DNA of 64,000 nt from an uncultured Peptococcaceae bacterium. Its GTDB lineage: Bacteria > Bacillota > Limnochordia > Darwinibacteriales > Darwinibacteriaceae. The DNA lies in contig CALKAR010000207.1 in assembly GCA_937988745.1 (NCBI GenBank), positions 3,394 to 67,393 on the forward strand, written 5' to 3'. Positions within the stretch are counted from its first letter, which is position 1; each line of letters begins with the position of its first letter. Under the pieces are notes generated by a model. It did not search any database, was not told where the DNA came from, and was given only the letters and a program-made list of their open reading frames with translations. Positions 30,774 to 40,977 of the stretch are shown here, in pieces. The translations under genes and the position numbers were made by a program.

Positions 30774-32588
30774 TTAATAGGCCTTGCGCAGTTCCTGGAC
30801 ATGGCGGGGACGACTCTCCCAGCTTCCATCGCGCACGAAAAATGTCTTATTTCGACAGGGGATGTCCAAAATCATCTTTGACCGGCCAATCTGCAGCCTA
30901 ACTCCGGGATAAAATATATCTGCGCTGATCATGCCACCTTCATCTACAGCAGCATATGTTGAGCCCATTCCAGGAGCACCCAAACTGTGAGCGCTGATTA
31001 CCTTGCCTGCCCAATACCTGCCAACACGGCAGTGTCCAGAAATAAAAATCGCTTCACCAGCCATAAATTCACAGTCATAAACAAGAGGCCCTGTCACCTC
31101 AATGACGCCCGATGCTTCGACGACGGAGTTTTGGCAGTATCGCATTCGAACATGTGCTCTTTCCAACATTACGTTAAGAGTGTAGCACGCATCTTCAAGT
31201 GCATGGATATCATCGGCAACAGCCTTCATGTTTTTATAACGCAGCGGCTCCGCTCCTACAAAGTTTTGGGAAGCTTGTTGAATCCGAATAAACAAGGAAT
31301 GGTAGTCGTCCAAAGTAGTCTGAGACTCAAGAAATTCCGCCCAACGAGCAAGCCGATGAAGCCGCTTCGGCAGATCTGGAAAGGATTTTTCCAGTACTGT
31401 TTTAACGAACACTCCCGGCTTTTCAAAATCAGAATCTGCCGTTTGTTCCACCCAAGGACTGATCATGTAATAGAGGTGTCTTAATTCAGGCTGAACCTCT
31501 TGGAGAAGCATCCCCAACTTTGCCAGCGCGGGATGCCGGTGTCCAGCGGTGATGTGACTGCCGATCGCTTTTCCGCGGATGACTACGTCTTTGCCCGCTG
31601 CAGTGCGTGCATGGTATACACTGCCTTTGATATCAAGCCAGCCACCTGCCTTGACCGTAAGAGTTTCTTCCACATTGCCTCCGATAGCGACATTGCCTTT
31701 GAAGCGCACGTTGCCAGTCGATACATTCACAGATGACGGCAGAGTCAAATGCCGCTTGACGCAGAGCCGATCATGTTCTATGATTGGCCTTCCGGCGGTG
31801 GCCGCAACGGCGATCCGGCGTCCTTCAATCAGTTTTACGCCTGAGCCGACACGAAAACGCGCCTCTTTAGGCGCTGGTGGAGCAACTCGTTCTCCGTAGA
31901 CATTCCAACCTGGTAGTCCCGGCACCGGCGGATGCCAGCGAGCAAGAACATCGCCTTCCTCCACCGAGTTAAACTGTTCCCTTTCGAGAAGGTTAATCCG
32001 ATCCCAATCTTCTAGATTTGTAATCGGCGAATAGCGAGGCTTCAGATCACAAATGATTTCCACCCGCCCGTCGATCGGCGGAATGGGCGGCCTGCCCCGC
32101 AGCACCACAACCGAAGCATTTTCTAAGCTAGTGCAAACAGAAATAACCGCTGCCTGATCAAGTTCACCTTTAAAACCCTTTTGATTAAGAACGTGAAAGA
32201 CAGCTTCCGGATTAATCGGTGCAGGAGGAACTTCCTCACCTTTCTCAGCAATCAGTCTGAAGCGGCGGGAAAACCCCTGCGCTTTTAGCCGGTAAGTCTC
32301 ACCGGCTTCAAACTTGGTGTGAAGAATAACCTCCATTCCGTCCTCAGAAACTGTCAGCTGAAAGGTGCTGACAGGAGCCTTGTTTTTCGGAACAGCCACC
32401 AGATCCTCTACCGATTCAACTACAGATGGTTCGAGAAGTTCTTCGCCCTTGTGGAACGTGACCACGTTCGCAGATGGTTCTATAACCGGCCAAGATCCCT
32501 CCCCCTTCGGCTTAATCATAAGAAATTGGCCATCCATGTAGGCCAATTTTCCACATACATCATTCAACTGCAAAATCCCAACCCCCAT
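30774..32588 (-). CDS. DUF342 / FapA-family protein
   Basis: A central PPVPGLPGWNVYGERV..P..P motif is followed by a beta-helix-like repeat (VSTGNVRFKGNVAIGGNVEETLTVKAGGWLDIKGSVYHA..AGKDVVIRGKAIGSHITAG). A second such segment sits near the C-terminus. The start was moved to ATG 32588, because the upstream gene ends at 32620. Confidence 0.65.
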   Translation of the reverse strand: MGVGILQLNDVCGKLAYMDGQFLMIKPKGEGSWPVIEPSANVVTFHKGEELLEPSVVESVEDLVAVPKNKAPVSTFQLTVSEDGMEVILHTKFEAGETYRLKAQGFSRRFRLIAEKGEEVPPAPINPEAVFHVLNQKGFKGELDQAAVISVCTSLENASVVVLRGRPPIPPIDGRVEIICDLKPRYSPITNLEDWDRINLLEREQFNSVEEGDVLARWHPPVPGLPGWNVYGERVAPPAPKEARFRVGSGVKLIEGRRIAVAATAGRPIIEHDRLCVKRHLTLPSSVNVSTGNVRFKGNVAIGGNVEETLTVKAGGWLDIKGSVYHARTAAGKDVVIRGKAIGSHITAGHRHPALAKLGMLLQEVQPELRHLYYMISPWVEQTADSDFEKPGVFVKTVLEKSFPDLPKRLHRLARWAEFLESQTTLDDYHSLFIRIQQASQNFVGAEPLRYKNMKAVADDIHALEDACYTLNVMLERAHVRMRYCQNSVVEASGVIEVTGPLVYDCEFMAGEAIFISGHCRVGRYWAGKVISAHSLGAPGMGSTYAAVDEGGMISADIFYPGVRLQIGRSKMILDIPCRNKTFFVRDGSWESRPRHVQELRKAY

Positions 32589-32619
32589 TATTGCAAACCT
32601 TCTCAGCTGACAACTGATA

Positions 32620-35022
32620 TTACTGAGAAGGCCCCCCAATCGCTACTTCATCAGCAGCAAGTCTCGGTAATACTTTTTCAAGAAAGACTTCAACAAGCCG
32701 CGGATCAAACTGAGTACCAGCGTTGTCTCGCAGCTCGGCGGCGGCCTCTTCAATGCTCAAAGCATGTCGATAAGGCCGCGGACTTGTCATGGCCGCCCAT
32801 GCATCAGCCACGGCTACGATACGAGAATAATACGGGATTTGTCTGCCCCGCAATCCTCTTGGATAACCGGTTCCATCATAGCGCTCATGGTGTGCAAGAA
32901 TATATTCAGCGATATCCACCATTTCGCTCATGGCCCCGATGATGCGGTAGCCGAGTTCAGCGTGGCGCTGAACATGGGCGTACTCGTCTTTGGTGAGTGG
33001 TCCAGGCTTCTCCAAGATCTCTCGATCGATGGATATCTTGCCGATATCGTGCAGCATACCGATCGTGTGCAGTTTCTCGATCTGCTCCAAATCCATGTCA
33101 AGTGCTTCACCCAGCAGCTCACAGATGTGGGCAACCCGCAAACTGTGCTCTTCTTCCTGCGGTATTCTGTCATACAAGGATTGAAGAATGACAGCGATGG
33201 CTCGAGCACGGTAAACCGGTTGGTCCAGAAGCTTGTGCTTGTACATGTCATCTTCGGCCTTCTTCATCACATCGTTGATCGATTTTTCAAGGCTTTCCCG
33301 CGTCTCGAAACCGAGTGAAACAGATATAGTCAACCCAGCCACCTGACGCTTGGTCGCGGCCTCCTTAATGCGGTGAACAAGGTCTTGAGCGGTTTGACGA
33401 TCAATGTTTGGCAGCAGAACAATAAACTCGTCGCCACCTAGACGGGCACATACTCCCAAATCGGCAATTACTTCTCGGAGAACCTCAGCGGTAGACTTCA
33501 AGAGCTCATCTCCCACCGCATGTCCAAAGGCATCATTGGTAAGTTTCAAGCCGTTCATATCGGCCATGATGACACTAAATGGCAGAAAAGCAGGATCGTC
33601 GAAGCGCTCAATCTCCAGCTGAACCCAGCGCCGATTATAAAGTCCAGTCAGAGAATCACAGTAGCTCAAGTACTCAATATGCCGCTGCGATTCAACTTGA
33701 GCAGTAATGTCACGAAAAACTACGATTCCGCCCCGCACCTGGCTGCCTTGATCCAAAATAGGTGCAAACGTACCTGCCACCATAAGTTCCTGTCCGTCAC
33801 GGGCGAGAAGACACTCTTCTTCAATTTCCATGGAACACTCATTAGTGAGCACATGATGCAGAGGATCGAGGCCAGAAGCAAGGTGGAACACTTCATGAAA
33901 GTCCCTGCCGATCGCCTGCTCGGAAGACCAACCTGTTAAAGACTCCGCAGCAGGATTAAACATTATGATCGAGCCCAGACAATCTGTGACGATTACGGCC
34001 TCACCAACAGAAAGCAAGGTGGTGCGCAGCAGATCCTTCTCGCCGGCCAGATCCTGTTCAGTTTTCTTCAAGAGTTCGAATTGAGAACTGAGCTGCAGGT
34101 TCACCGTTTCTAGGTCTCGGGTGCGGCGCTCAACTGCCCGCCGGAGAGAGGCAACCCAGCTGAATCCAATCACTGCCAGCGCTGCCAAGATGCCTATTAC
34201 GATCCCATAGCGCCGTAGAGCATCCCTAAAAGGACTCGGCTCATGTACGCTGATCCACTTCTGATATATATCAGCATACCGGCCAGTGGCATTTAAGGCC
34301 TGCAGGCCCTCATTCAGCGCCAGGAGAAGCGCCGTATCTCCTTTGCGTACAGCCATGCTGTAATCATATTCGCCCAAGATAAGCCCACTGCCCCGAAGAT
34401 TCGTTAGGTTATATTCTGCGATGCTGTAGTAGCCAGGAACCCTAAGCACTGCAGCGTAATCAACCTCGCCCTCGGCAACCAGCCGGAGAGCTTCGACAAC
34501 CGTCGGACGAGGCACGAACTCAATATCCAAGTTTTGGGCGCGCAAATATTCGTGGACGATATCACCTTCCTGCACAGCCACGCGCTGACCGCGCAGGTCT
34601 TCCAAGGTACGCACCCCGTCCCCATCCCTGCTGAAGACATCTCCACTGGCCACTGCATGGCGGATAGCAAAGTCAAATAACTCCGCCCGCTCGGGTGTAT
34701 AAAACATGCCGGCCACTACATCAATCTCACCAGTTTCCAGCTTCTCCTTCACCCGAACCCAGTGATCAAGGTCGAATCGAACTTCCCAACCCATCAGCTC
34801 ACCAACAGCCATAGCCAGCTCCACCGAAAACCCAGCAGGCTGGCCTTGGGCATCGCGAAAGCTGAATGGTGGATAGTGCAGATCATCGCCGAAGACCACC
34901 ACAGTTCGATCGCCAGTCTGCCCGGAAGGGACAACTTGCGCGAAGCAAGCGCCCGCCAGCAGTAGGATGAATGTGATGACCATCAGCAACCCCCAACGTA
35001 CATGCACAGCTAGATCATCCAC
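32620..35022 (-). CDS. Multidomain c-di-GMP signalling protein: periplasmic SBP_bac_3 sensor, TM, PAS, GGDEF and HD-GYP domains
   Basis: After a signal/TM segment comes an amino-acid-binding-protein-like domain (YPPFSFRD..G.PAGFSVEL), then a second TM and a PAS domain (LLSVGEAVIVTD..G.IIMFNPAAESLTGW). The GGDEF motif is RLGGDEFIVLL. The HD-GYP motifs are HDIGKISI...HHERYDGTGYPRGL. Confidence 0.9.
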   Translation of the reverse strand: MDDLAVHVRWGLLMVITFILLLAGACFAQVVPSGQTGDRTVVVFGDDLHYPPFSFRDAQGQPAGFSVELAMAVGELMGWEVRFDLDHWVRVKEKLETGEIDVVAGMFYTPERAELFDFAIRHAVASGDVFSRDGDGVRTLEDLRGQRVAVQEGDIVHEYLRAQNLDIEFVPRPTVVEALRLVAEGEVDYAAVLRVPGYYSIAEYNLTNLRGSGLILGEYDYSMAVRKGDTALLLALNEGLQALNATGRYADIYQKWISVHEPSPFRDALRRYGIVIGILAALAVIGFSWVASLRRAVERRTRDLETVNLQLSSQFELLKKTEQDLAGEKDLLRTTLLSVGEAVIVTDCLGSIIMFNPAAESLTGWSSEQAIGRDFHEVFHLASGLDPLHHVLTNECSMEIEEECLLARDGQELMVAGTFAPILDQGSQVRGGIVVFRDITAQVESQRHIEYLSYCDSLTGLYNRRWVQLEIERFDDPAFLPFSVIMADMNGLKLTNDAFGHAVGDELLKSTAEVLREVIADLGVCARLGGDEFIVLLPNIDRQTAQDLVHRIKEAATKRQVAGLTISVSLGFETRESLEKSINDVMKKAEDDMYKHKLLDQPVYRARAIAVILQSLYDRIPQEEEHSLRVAHICELLGEALDMDLEQIEKLHTIGMLHDIGKISIDREILEKPGPLTKDEYAHVQRHAELGYRIIGAMSEMVDIAEYILAHHERYDGTGYPRGLRGRQIPYYSRIVAVADAWAAMTSPRPYRHALSIEEAAAELRDNAGTQFDPRLVEVFLEKVLPRLAADEVAIGGPSQ

Positions 35023-35108
35023 AATTCAAACTCCTTTGGGCAAAGACAAAGTATTCCATCCCATGTAATATTTACCACAATTTCAGGAACTCCTGCAAGT
35101 TAGATCCT

Positions 35109-36983
35109 TTATAAATCTTTCGGTAAGCGAAACCGTCCCACTAAGTCCTGAAGAAGTGCAGCCATTTCCGTCAAACCCTGAGCGGCGTGGGATACCTCAG
35201 ATGTCGAAGCTGCTTGCTCCTGAGTTACGCTGGCAATGTCAGCGCCTCCCAGGTTGAGTTCTTCCAGCCCTTTTGAGATATGCTGCACATCTTCCACAAT
35301 AGTGCGGACGGAAGCCAGAATCTCCCTCAATATCTGACTGCTGCTCGTTACCTGGCCTAAGGCCTGCTCAGCTTCCTCGGCTCCCTCATTCATGCCAGCA
35401 ACAGCTTTGGCAATGCCACTTTGAATCTCTTGAATCAGATCTGTTATTTCGGCAGCAGCCTGCGACGATTCTTCTGCAAGTTGACGAACCTCTTCAGCAA
35501 CCACCGCAAAGCCTCTGCCCTGTTCGCCAGCACGAGCGGCTTCAATGGCCGCGTTTAATGCCAAGAGATTAGTCTGGTCAGCAATACCTGTAATAGTGCT
35601 TACAATTATACCAATTTCCTGCGATATTTGTCCCAAATGAGAAATGTTATCAGACAATGATTGCGAATTATCGCGCACCACTGTGAGCTGATTAAGAATT
35701 TCTCGCAGAGCTCCCTCACCGGCAGCCGCCCGATCAGAGATTTCCTCAGCCCGCTGCCGCACCCCAATTGCGCGCGCGTTTACCGCTTCTAAAGTGGCTG
35801 AAAACTGATTCGTGGTACTGGCCACTTCTTCCGTTGAAGCGCTGACTTCTTGTGATGCTGCTGCCATTTCTTGACTCATACGAGCCAGAGTTTGCGCAGA
35901 TTCCGCCACCTCCTGCAGAACACCTGCTATTCGCTCCACGGCCGCGTTTAGGGCACTGATGGTAAAACCTACCTCGTCCTTAGATTTGACCGCGACCTGC
36001 ACCGAGAGATCGCCTGTGGCGATGTCTTCTACCGCAGCCCTAACCTCCTCCAATGGACGACTTACGCCCCGCCCGAGAATCAACGATGCTCCAATCCCTA
36101 GGGCAATAAACACGACCGAAACAGTCAGCATAACAGTGCGGAGACGATAGACATTGGACAGCATCTCACTCTCTAAGGCACTAACGGCTAAAGTCCAATC
36201 AGTGAGCCCAACCGGGACGAGTGCATCGACGCGCCGAGCTCCGTCATTTGTTTGATAGCTTGCGGTTCCTCTCTGCCGAAGGCCCAGCGTCTGAATGGCT
36301 GCACCTGCGGGAGCAAAATCACCGGTTTTATCATAGATGCTGCTGCGTTTTAGAACCATTTCTTGAACAGGGTGAGCCATGATGGTGCCAGCTCCACTAA
36401 CGATATAGGCCCAACCGTCATCAGCAAATTGGAGATCGCGCACTGCTGCGCTGAGAAATTCCTGATCAAGCTGACCGACTAAAACACCTACCACAGCGCC
36501 TAATCGGTTGATAGGGACGGCAAAATATAAAGAAAGCTCCCCATCTAAGGGACTTACGACTAAGTCAGAAACTGCCGCTTCCCCGGCTAAAGCTTTCTCC
36601 ACAAAGGGCCTTCCACTAAAGTCTAGGGTTGTCCCGTTGGTAAAGCGAATCCGCCCTGTTTGATCAGCTGAACCGAAGTACTCGAAGGTCTTGAGACGTT
36701 CAATTTCCGCCAAGAGGACAGGCCGCTGCATGTCCCAATTCATTCCTGTCATCTCTGGCCGGGCAGCGATCGCTTCAAGGACATCAAATTGTGCCTGCAG
36801 TTTGCTTTCCAAGTGCCGTGCTGCTTCATCGGCATAAGCGGTTAGGGCCTTGTCTACCTCTTCTAAAACCGCCTTAGTTCCTTGAGTGTAGGCAAAATAC
36901 GCGAACGCTAAACAAGTGACAGCCAGAAGAACAACGGCGTAGACGGCGATTCTTGTTGAGACTCTTCGAAATTCAATTCTCAT
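35109..36983 (-). CDS. Methyl-accepting chemotaxis protein with an extracellular dCache-type sensor and HAMP
   Basis: An N-terminal TM is followed by a periplasmic domain of about 260 aa, a second TM and HAMP ([19 protein letters not shown]). The conserved signalling hairpin is [39 protein letters not shown]. Confidence 0.9.
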   Translation of the reverse strand: MRIEFRRVSTRIAVYAVVLLAVTCLAFAYFAYTQGTKAVLEEVDKALTAYADEAARHLESKLQAQFDVLEAIAARPEMTGMNWDMQRPVLLAEIERLKTFEYFGSADQTGRIRFTNGTTLDFSGRPFVEKALAGEAAVSDLVVSPLDGELSLYFAVPINRLGAVVGVLVGQLDQEFLSAAVRDLQFADDGWAYIVSGAGTIMAHPVQEMVLKRSSIYDKTGDFAPAGAAIQTLGLRQRGTASYQTNDGARRVDALVPVGLTDWTLAVSALESEMLSNVYRLRTVMLTVSVVFIALGIGASLILGRGVSRPLEEVRAAVEDIATGDLSVQVAVKSKDEVGFTISALNAAVERIAGVLQEVAESAQTLARMSQEMAAASQEVSASTEEVASTTNQFSATLEAVNARAIGVRQRAEEISDRAAAGEGALREILNQLTVVRDNSQSLSDNISHLGQISQEIGIIVSTITGIADQTNLLALNAAIEAARAGEQGRGFAVVAEEVRQLAEESSQAAAEITDLIQEIQSGIAKAVAGMNEGAEEAEQALGQVTSSSQILREILASVRTIVEDVQHISKGLEELNLGGADIASVTQEQAASTSEVSHAAQGLTEMAALLQDLVGRFRLPKDL

Positions 36984-37105
36984 AATACCACCTCGAAAAA
37001 GGCCCTCTTTGCGTTGTTAACCAGTTCGCCACAAAAAAAGAAAGTCCTGCTAACACTGGCTTAACCATTAAGGCAGGGGTCTGAGTCGGAAAAAGCGAAG
37101 TTGTG

Positions 37106-37119
37106 ATAGTCAGAACTAT
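37106..37119. promoter_or_regulatory. Palindrome ATAGT-N4-ACTAT immediately upstream of the rubrerythrin RBS (candidate operator)
   Basis: It has 5-bp perfect arms and lies 23 nt upstream of the rbr ATG. A TTGTGA half-site abuts it at 37101-37106. Confidence 0.25.
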
Positions 37120-37141
37120 TTCTATGGAGGGAAATATTATT

Positions 37142-37735
37142 ATGAAGAGCTTGAAGGGCACACGCACTGCACAAAACTTGCTCACAGCATTTGCAGGAGA
37201 ATCGCAAGCCCGCAATCGCTACACTTTCTATGCATCAACAGCGGACAAAGAAGGCTACAAACAGATCCGCAATATCTTTTTGGAAACTGCCGACAACGAA
37301 AAGGAACACGGTAAGCGTTTCTACAAATTCCTTCTCGCCGGTTTAGGTGATGAACTGCCAGCCCACATCGAGATCAACGCCAGCTTCCCTGTTGCCCAAG
37401 GCACGACCGTCGAAAACCTCGAGGCGGCTGCAAGTGGCGAGTATGAGGAATGGGCTGAAATGTATCCTGAATTTGCCGACATCGCTGACGAAGAAGGCTT
37501 CCCTGAAATTGCTGAAGCATTCCGTCGCATTGCTGATGCGGAGAAGAACCACGAAATCCGCTTCAAGAAGCTGGCTGAAAATATCACGAACGGTACTGTA
37601 TTCAAGAGAGATCAGCCCGTCCGCTGGAAATGCGGCAACTGCGGCTACATTCATGAAGGAACAGAAGCACCTGAAGAGTGCCCTGCCTGTGTCCATGCCC
37701 GGGCCCACTTCGAGTTGTTTGTTGAAACATACTAA
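37142..37735 (+). CDS. rbr: Rubrerythrin
   Basis: The sequence is MKSLKGTRTAQNLLTAFAGESQARNRY..ETADNEKEHGKRF...ADAEKNHEIRF. The C-terminal rubredoxin-like motif is CGNCGYIHEG..APEECPAC. The start was moved to ATG 37142 after GGAGGG. Confidence 0.95.
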   Translation: MKSLKGTRTAQNLLTAFAGESQARNRYTFYASTADKEGYKQIRNIFLETADNEKEHGKRFYKFLLAGLGDELPAHIEINASFPVAQGTTVENLEAAASGEYEEWAEMYPEFADIADEEGFPEIAEAFRRIADAEKNHEIRFKKLAENITNGTVFKRDQPVRWKCGNCGYIHEGTEAPEECPACVHARAHFELFVETY

Positions 37736-37754
37736 GAACACATAGGTGACATGG

Positions 37755-37790
37755 AAACGCAGCGCTTAACTACGGCGCTGCGTTTTGCAT
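37755..37790 (+). terminator. Intrinsic terminator after rbr
   Basis: CGCAGCGC (37758-37765) pairs with GCGCTGCG (37775-37782). TTTTGCATTT follows. Confidence 0.7.
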
Positions 37791-37810
37791 TTATTGCCTA
37801 GAGCTGGGAA

Positions 37811-37859
37811 TTTGGGATTGGAGAGCAATATTTTGGGATTGAGAATGAGAATCACTTGC
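37811..37859 (+). promoter_or_regulatory. sod upstream region: direct repeat TTTGGGATTG x2 (21-bp spacing) and a Fur-family-like box GAGAATGAGAATCACTTGC
   Basis: The repeats lie at 37811-37820 and 37832-37841. The box at 37841-37859 matches the classic GATAATGATAATCATTATC Fur consensus at 14 of 19 positions, by my own alignment. Confidence 0.35.
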
Positions 37860-37918
37860 AATTCTTTTCCGGGTGTGCTAGACTTAAGTCAGAACAGATT
37901 CCGAGAGGAGTTGAGCAT

Positions 37919-38545
37919 ATGTTTGAACAGATAAAGCTCACATATGACTTCAATGCTCTAGAACCGCACATCGACACTTTGACAATGGAAACTCACTATG
38001 GAAAGCATCATGCGGCTTACACCGCTAATCTAAACAAAGCCGTTGAACAGCTCCCAGAGCTGAAAGGCAAGACTATCGAAGAGATTCTTACTAACTTAGA
38101 CGATATTACCGATGCAGCCCTGCGTACTACCGTCCGGAACAATGGTGGTGGCTTCTACAACCACAACCTGTACTTCGCCATTATGGCACCCGGCGGAAGC
38201 AAAGAACCGACCGGGGAACTGCTTGAGAAAATAAACGCCCATTTTGGCAGCTTTGATCAGCTTAAAGAAGAGCTGACTGCAGCAGCAAATGGGCAATTCG
38301 GTTCGGGATGGGCATGGCTGTCTAGCGACGCCCAAGGTAATCTGCAAGTTAGCAAAACTCCGAATCAAGACAACCCACTGATGGTTAACGGAGGCAAATT
38401 CACCCCGATTCTCGGGATTGACGTATGGGAACACGCCTATTATCTGAAGTATAAAAACCTCAGAGGCGAATATGTAAAAGCCTTTTTCGAGGTAGTTAAC
38501 TGGGATGAAGTGGCTGCCCGCTATGCAAGGGTAGTTAACTCATAA
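37919..38545 (+). CDS. sodA: Superoxide dismutase, Mn-type signature
   Basis: Motifs are LEPHID..TMETHYGKHH, RNNGGGFYNH, TPNQDNPL and DVWEHAYYL. The GGG..NH and NQD patterns resemble Mn/cambialistic enzymes rather than Fe-SOD. The start was moved to ATG 37919 after GAGAGGAG. Confidence 0.85.
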   Translation: MFEQIKLTYDFNALEPHIDTLTMETHYGKHHAAYTANLNKAVEQLPELKGKTIEEILTNLDDITDAALRTTVRNNGGGFYNHNLYFAIMAPGGSKEPTGELLEKINAHFGSFDQLKEELTAAANGQFGSGWAWLSSDAQGNLQVSKTPNQDNPLMVNGGKFTPILGIDVWEHAYYLKYKNLRGEYVKAFFEVVNWDEVAARYARVVNS

Positions 38546-38619
38546 ATCCTCCTCACTCTCAATTCCATTCCCAACTTCTCACTCCTAGGCATGTGCCGCT
38601 AGACGGCAGAAATGGCAAA

Positions 38620-38654
38620 GGCAGAAGGCTCATTACGAGTCTTCTGCCTTTTTT
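38620..38654. terminator. Shared convergent terminator of sodA and nanE, with its 3' arm inside the nanE coding end
   Basis: GGCAGAAG (38620-38627) pairs with CTTCTGCC (38641-38648). TTTTTT follows at 38649-38654. The nanE stop is at 38633-38635, inside the loop. Confidence 0.65.
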
Positions 38655-39319
38655 ACGGTCTGTAACGCTCGTACGAACCGAGCGGTTATATCTTGAGGCC
38701 TTGTGATTGCACTGCCCACAACCACCGCCCACGCACCTACTTCCAGAGCCTTGATAGCCTGCTCAGGATACCAGATGCCCCCCTCAGCAATACAGGGCAC
38801 GGGCAATCTTGCCATCTCTTCGATTACCTCGAAATTAGGCTCCGCTCCCCAATTCCCTTCCCGGAAAGCAAAAGTGGAGGCTACCAAATCTGCTCCGTAT
38901 GCCACTGCCTGTTCCGCATCAGCCACAGTGCGGCAGTCAGCCATAACTAGTACACCTAATCGTTCCTTGAGAGCCGGAATTAGTTCCGCAAGCGAGTCTC
39001 CAAAAGGACGCTCCTGGCGGCAGTCCACAGCAATGATGCTGGCTCCTGCTTGCGCTAAAGGTTCTGCCGCTGCATATGTGGGCGTAATACACAGCTCACC
39101 TTCTTCGGAGACTTCCTTCTGTATTCCGATAACAGGCAAACCAGTAATCTTGCTGCATACTTCGACGTCTTGTACACCGTTTGTGCGGATACCAACTGCT
39201 CCTCCAAGGGCTGCTGCACGAGCCATGGCCGCCATGAGCATAGGGCCATGCAGCGGCTCATCTTCCAGCGCCTGACAAGATGCAATCAGACCGCCACGCA
39301 GGCTTTCTAGAATATCCAA
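38633..39319 (-). CDS. nanE: N-acetylmannosamine-6-phosphate 2-epimerase
   Basis: The sequence is MDILESLRGGLIASCQALEDEPLHG...GAVGIR..G...ADCRT...A.EGG.W.PEQA. Length is 228 aa. Confidence 0.8.
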   Translation of the reverse strand: MDILESLRGGLIASCQALEDEPLHGPMLMAAMARAAALGGAVGIRTNGVQDVEVCSKITGLPVIGIQKEVSEEGELCITPTYAAAEPLAQAGASIIAVDCRQERPFGDSLAELIPALKERLGVLVMADCRTVADAEQAVAYGADLVASTFAFREGNWGAEPNFEVIEEMARLPVPCIAEGGIWYPEQAIKALEVGAWAVVVGSAITRPQDITARFVRALQTVKKAEDS

Positions 39320-39334
39320 AGTATCTTCGTCTCC

Positions 39335-40195
39335 TTATTCTACCTCGGCAAGGAGCTGCTCTACATACGCAGGCAGGGCAAAAGCACCTTTGTGAAGAGC
39401 AGTTGTATAATACCGGGTTTCGAGCCCTAAACTCTCCCAAGCTTCTGCCTGCAGATCCCTTACCGGATGATATTTCTTCGAAGCAAACCCAAACAGCCAG
39501 TGCCCCGAGGCGTAGGTAGGAATATTCGCCTGATAAACGCGGCTGATGGGGAAAACCTCTACAATACGGGCGTGAGCACGCTGACACGCTCGGGCATCTT
39601 CTTCGTAAAATGGACCTTCGTGCTGATTGACCATGATGCCATCGTGACTTAGAGCGTCAAAACAGCCCTGATAAAATTCACGCGTAAACAACCCTTCACC
39701 AGGACCGATAGGATCAGTAGAATCAACAATTATCAAATCGTATTTAGTGCTGCAGTTCTTAATATACTCGACTCCATCCTGAAAATACAGGGTTACTCTT
39801 GGATCTGTCAGCGCACTTGATGTGAACGGAAGCAGCTCCTTTGACACTTCCACCACAAGCTCGTCAATTTCAACCATGTCAATCTTTTCTATCTGCTCAT
39901 AGCGGCACAATTCACGCACAGTTCCGCCATCGCCGCCTCCTACAACCAGCACACGGCGGACAGCGGGGTGCACAGCCATAGGCACGTGAGTGATCATTTC
40001 ATGATAAATGAACTCATCGCGTTCGGTAGTCATTAGAAAGCCATCGATCACTAAGACCCTGCCGAATTCAACAGTGTCAAAGACGTCGATCTTTTGAAAT
40101 GGACTCTCGCCGCTGTACAGATGACGGGTCACCCGCATCGACAATCGCACATGGTTAGACAGATTCTCCGTATACCACAGTTCCAACCAATCCAC
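39335..40195 (-). CDS. speE: Spermidine synthase (polyamine aminopropyltransferase)
   Basis: The sequence is WYTE....H.R......L.S..S.FQKIDVFDT.EFGRVLVIDG..MTTERDEFIYHEM..H....HP...RVLVVGGGDGG..RE. The catalytic segment is VDSTDPIGP. Confidence 0.9.
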   Translation of the reverse strand: MDWLELWYTENLSNHVRLSMRVTRHLYSGESPFQKIDVFDTVEFGRVLVIDGFLMTTERDEFIYHEMITHVPMAVHPAVRRVLVVGGGDGGTVRELCRYEQIEKIDMVEIDELVVEVSKELLPFTSSALTDPRVTLYFQDGVEYIKNCSTKYDLIIVDSTDPIGPGEGLFTREFYQGCFDALSHDGIMVNQHEGPFYEEDARACQRAHARIVEVFPISRVYQANIPTYASGHWLFGFASKKYHPVRDLQAEAWESLGLETRYYTTALHKGAFALPAYVEQLLAEVE

Positions 40196-40200
40196 TCCTT

Positions 40201-40959
40201 TTAATAAACATTGCGTCCACTGAAAATCTCAATCATTTCGCGCCTTAAATTAGCTGCAATTTCCATACGTTCCTTAGGAGGCAGCTCGTAGGCATCTGTA
40301 TTAAATAGGTAGTTCTGCAGGTCTAGTTCCTTAATCAAGAGTTTTGTGTGGAACAGATTGGTTTCGTAGACATTGATATCTACTGCATCATATTTTTCCA
40401 GAATTTCGGGACTGATGAAGTCCTGAATAGAAGTGATTTTGTGGTCAATAAACAATTTGCTTCCATCAACTGCACGGGTGAAACCGCGCACCCGATAGTC
40501 AATGGTAATAATGTCTGAGTCAAATGAGTTGATCAAATAGTCTAGAGTTGATAAAGGGGTGATTTCCCCACAGGTGGCCACATCAATATCCACGCGGAAA
40601 GTAGCCAAACTTGTTTCGGGGTGATACTCGGGATAGGTGTGTACGGTTAAATGGCTCTTATCGAGGTGGGCCACAATCGTGTCGCCTACAGGAACTAACT
40701 CATCCTCCGCAATCAACACCGTAACCGAGGCGCCCTGAGGTTCAAAGTCCTGCGTTGAGATGTTAAGAACCTTAGCACCGATCATATCTACCATTTCTGT
40801 AAGAATGCTGGTCAAACGCTCTGAATTATACTGTTCATCAATGTATTGGATATAGTCTTGTCTTTCTCGTTCCGTTTTTGCATAGCATACATCGTAAATA
40901 TTGAAGCTCAGCGCCTTAGTAAGGTTGTTAAAACCATACAACCGCAGTTTTTCTTTCAA
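40201..40959 (-). CDS. speD: S-adenosylmethionine decarboxylase proenzyme (E. coli SpeD type)
   Basis: [29 protein letters not shown]..., [15 protein letters not shown] and DYRVRGFTR closely parallel E. coli SpeD as I recall it. The start is TTG 40959 after GAGGGGGG. Confidence 0.9.
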   Translation of the reverse strand: MKEKLRLYGFNNLTKALSFNIYDVCYAKTERERQDYIQYIDEQYNSERLTSILTEMVDMIGAKVLNISTQDFEPQGASVTVLIAEDELVPVGDTIVAHLDKSHLTVHTYPEYHPETSLATFRVDIDVATCGEITPLSTLDYLINSFDSDIITIDYRVRGFTRAVDGSKLFIDHKITSIQDFISPEILEKYDAVDINVYETNLFHTKLLIKELDLQNYLFNTDAYELPPKERMEIAANLRREMIEIFSGRNVY

Positions 40960-40977
40960 TTATCGTACCCCCCTCAT

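Noticed and set aside
35470-35600. DNA similarity between the two MCP genes (35.5 kb and 48.4 kb) as a possible repeat or recombination substrate.
   Set aside because: The identity is only about 75% by eye. It is confined to the universally conserved signalling hairpin, so this is paralogy rather than a repeat element.
38548-38585. Possible inverted repeat flanking sodA. The sequence downstream, TCTCAATTCCATTCCCAA, was compared with the reverse complement of the upstream TTGGGATTGAGA.
   Set aside because: Only a short, gapped resemblance exists. I cannot support it as a true terminal inverted repeat or mobile-element boundary without an alignment score.
38703-39275. Track ORFs of 190 aa on the plus strand and 109 aa on the minus strand, overlapping nanE and speE.
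   Set aside because: These are antisense or off-frame shadows of well-supported nanE and speE genes. They have no RBS and no motifs.
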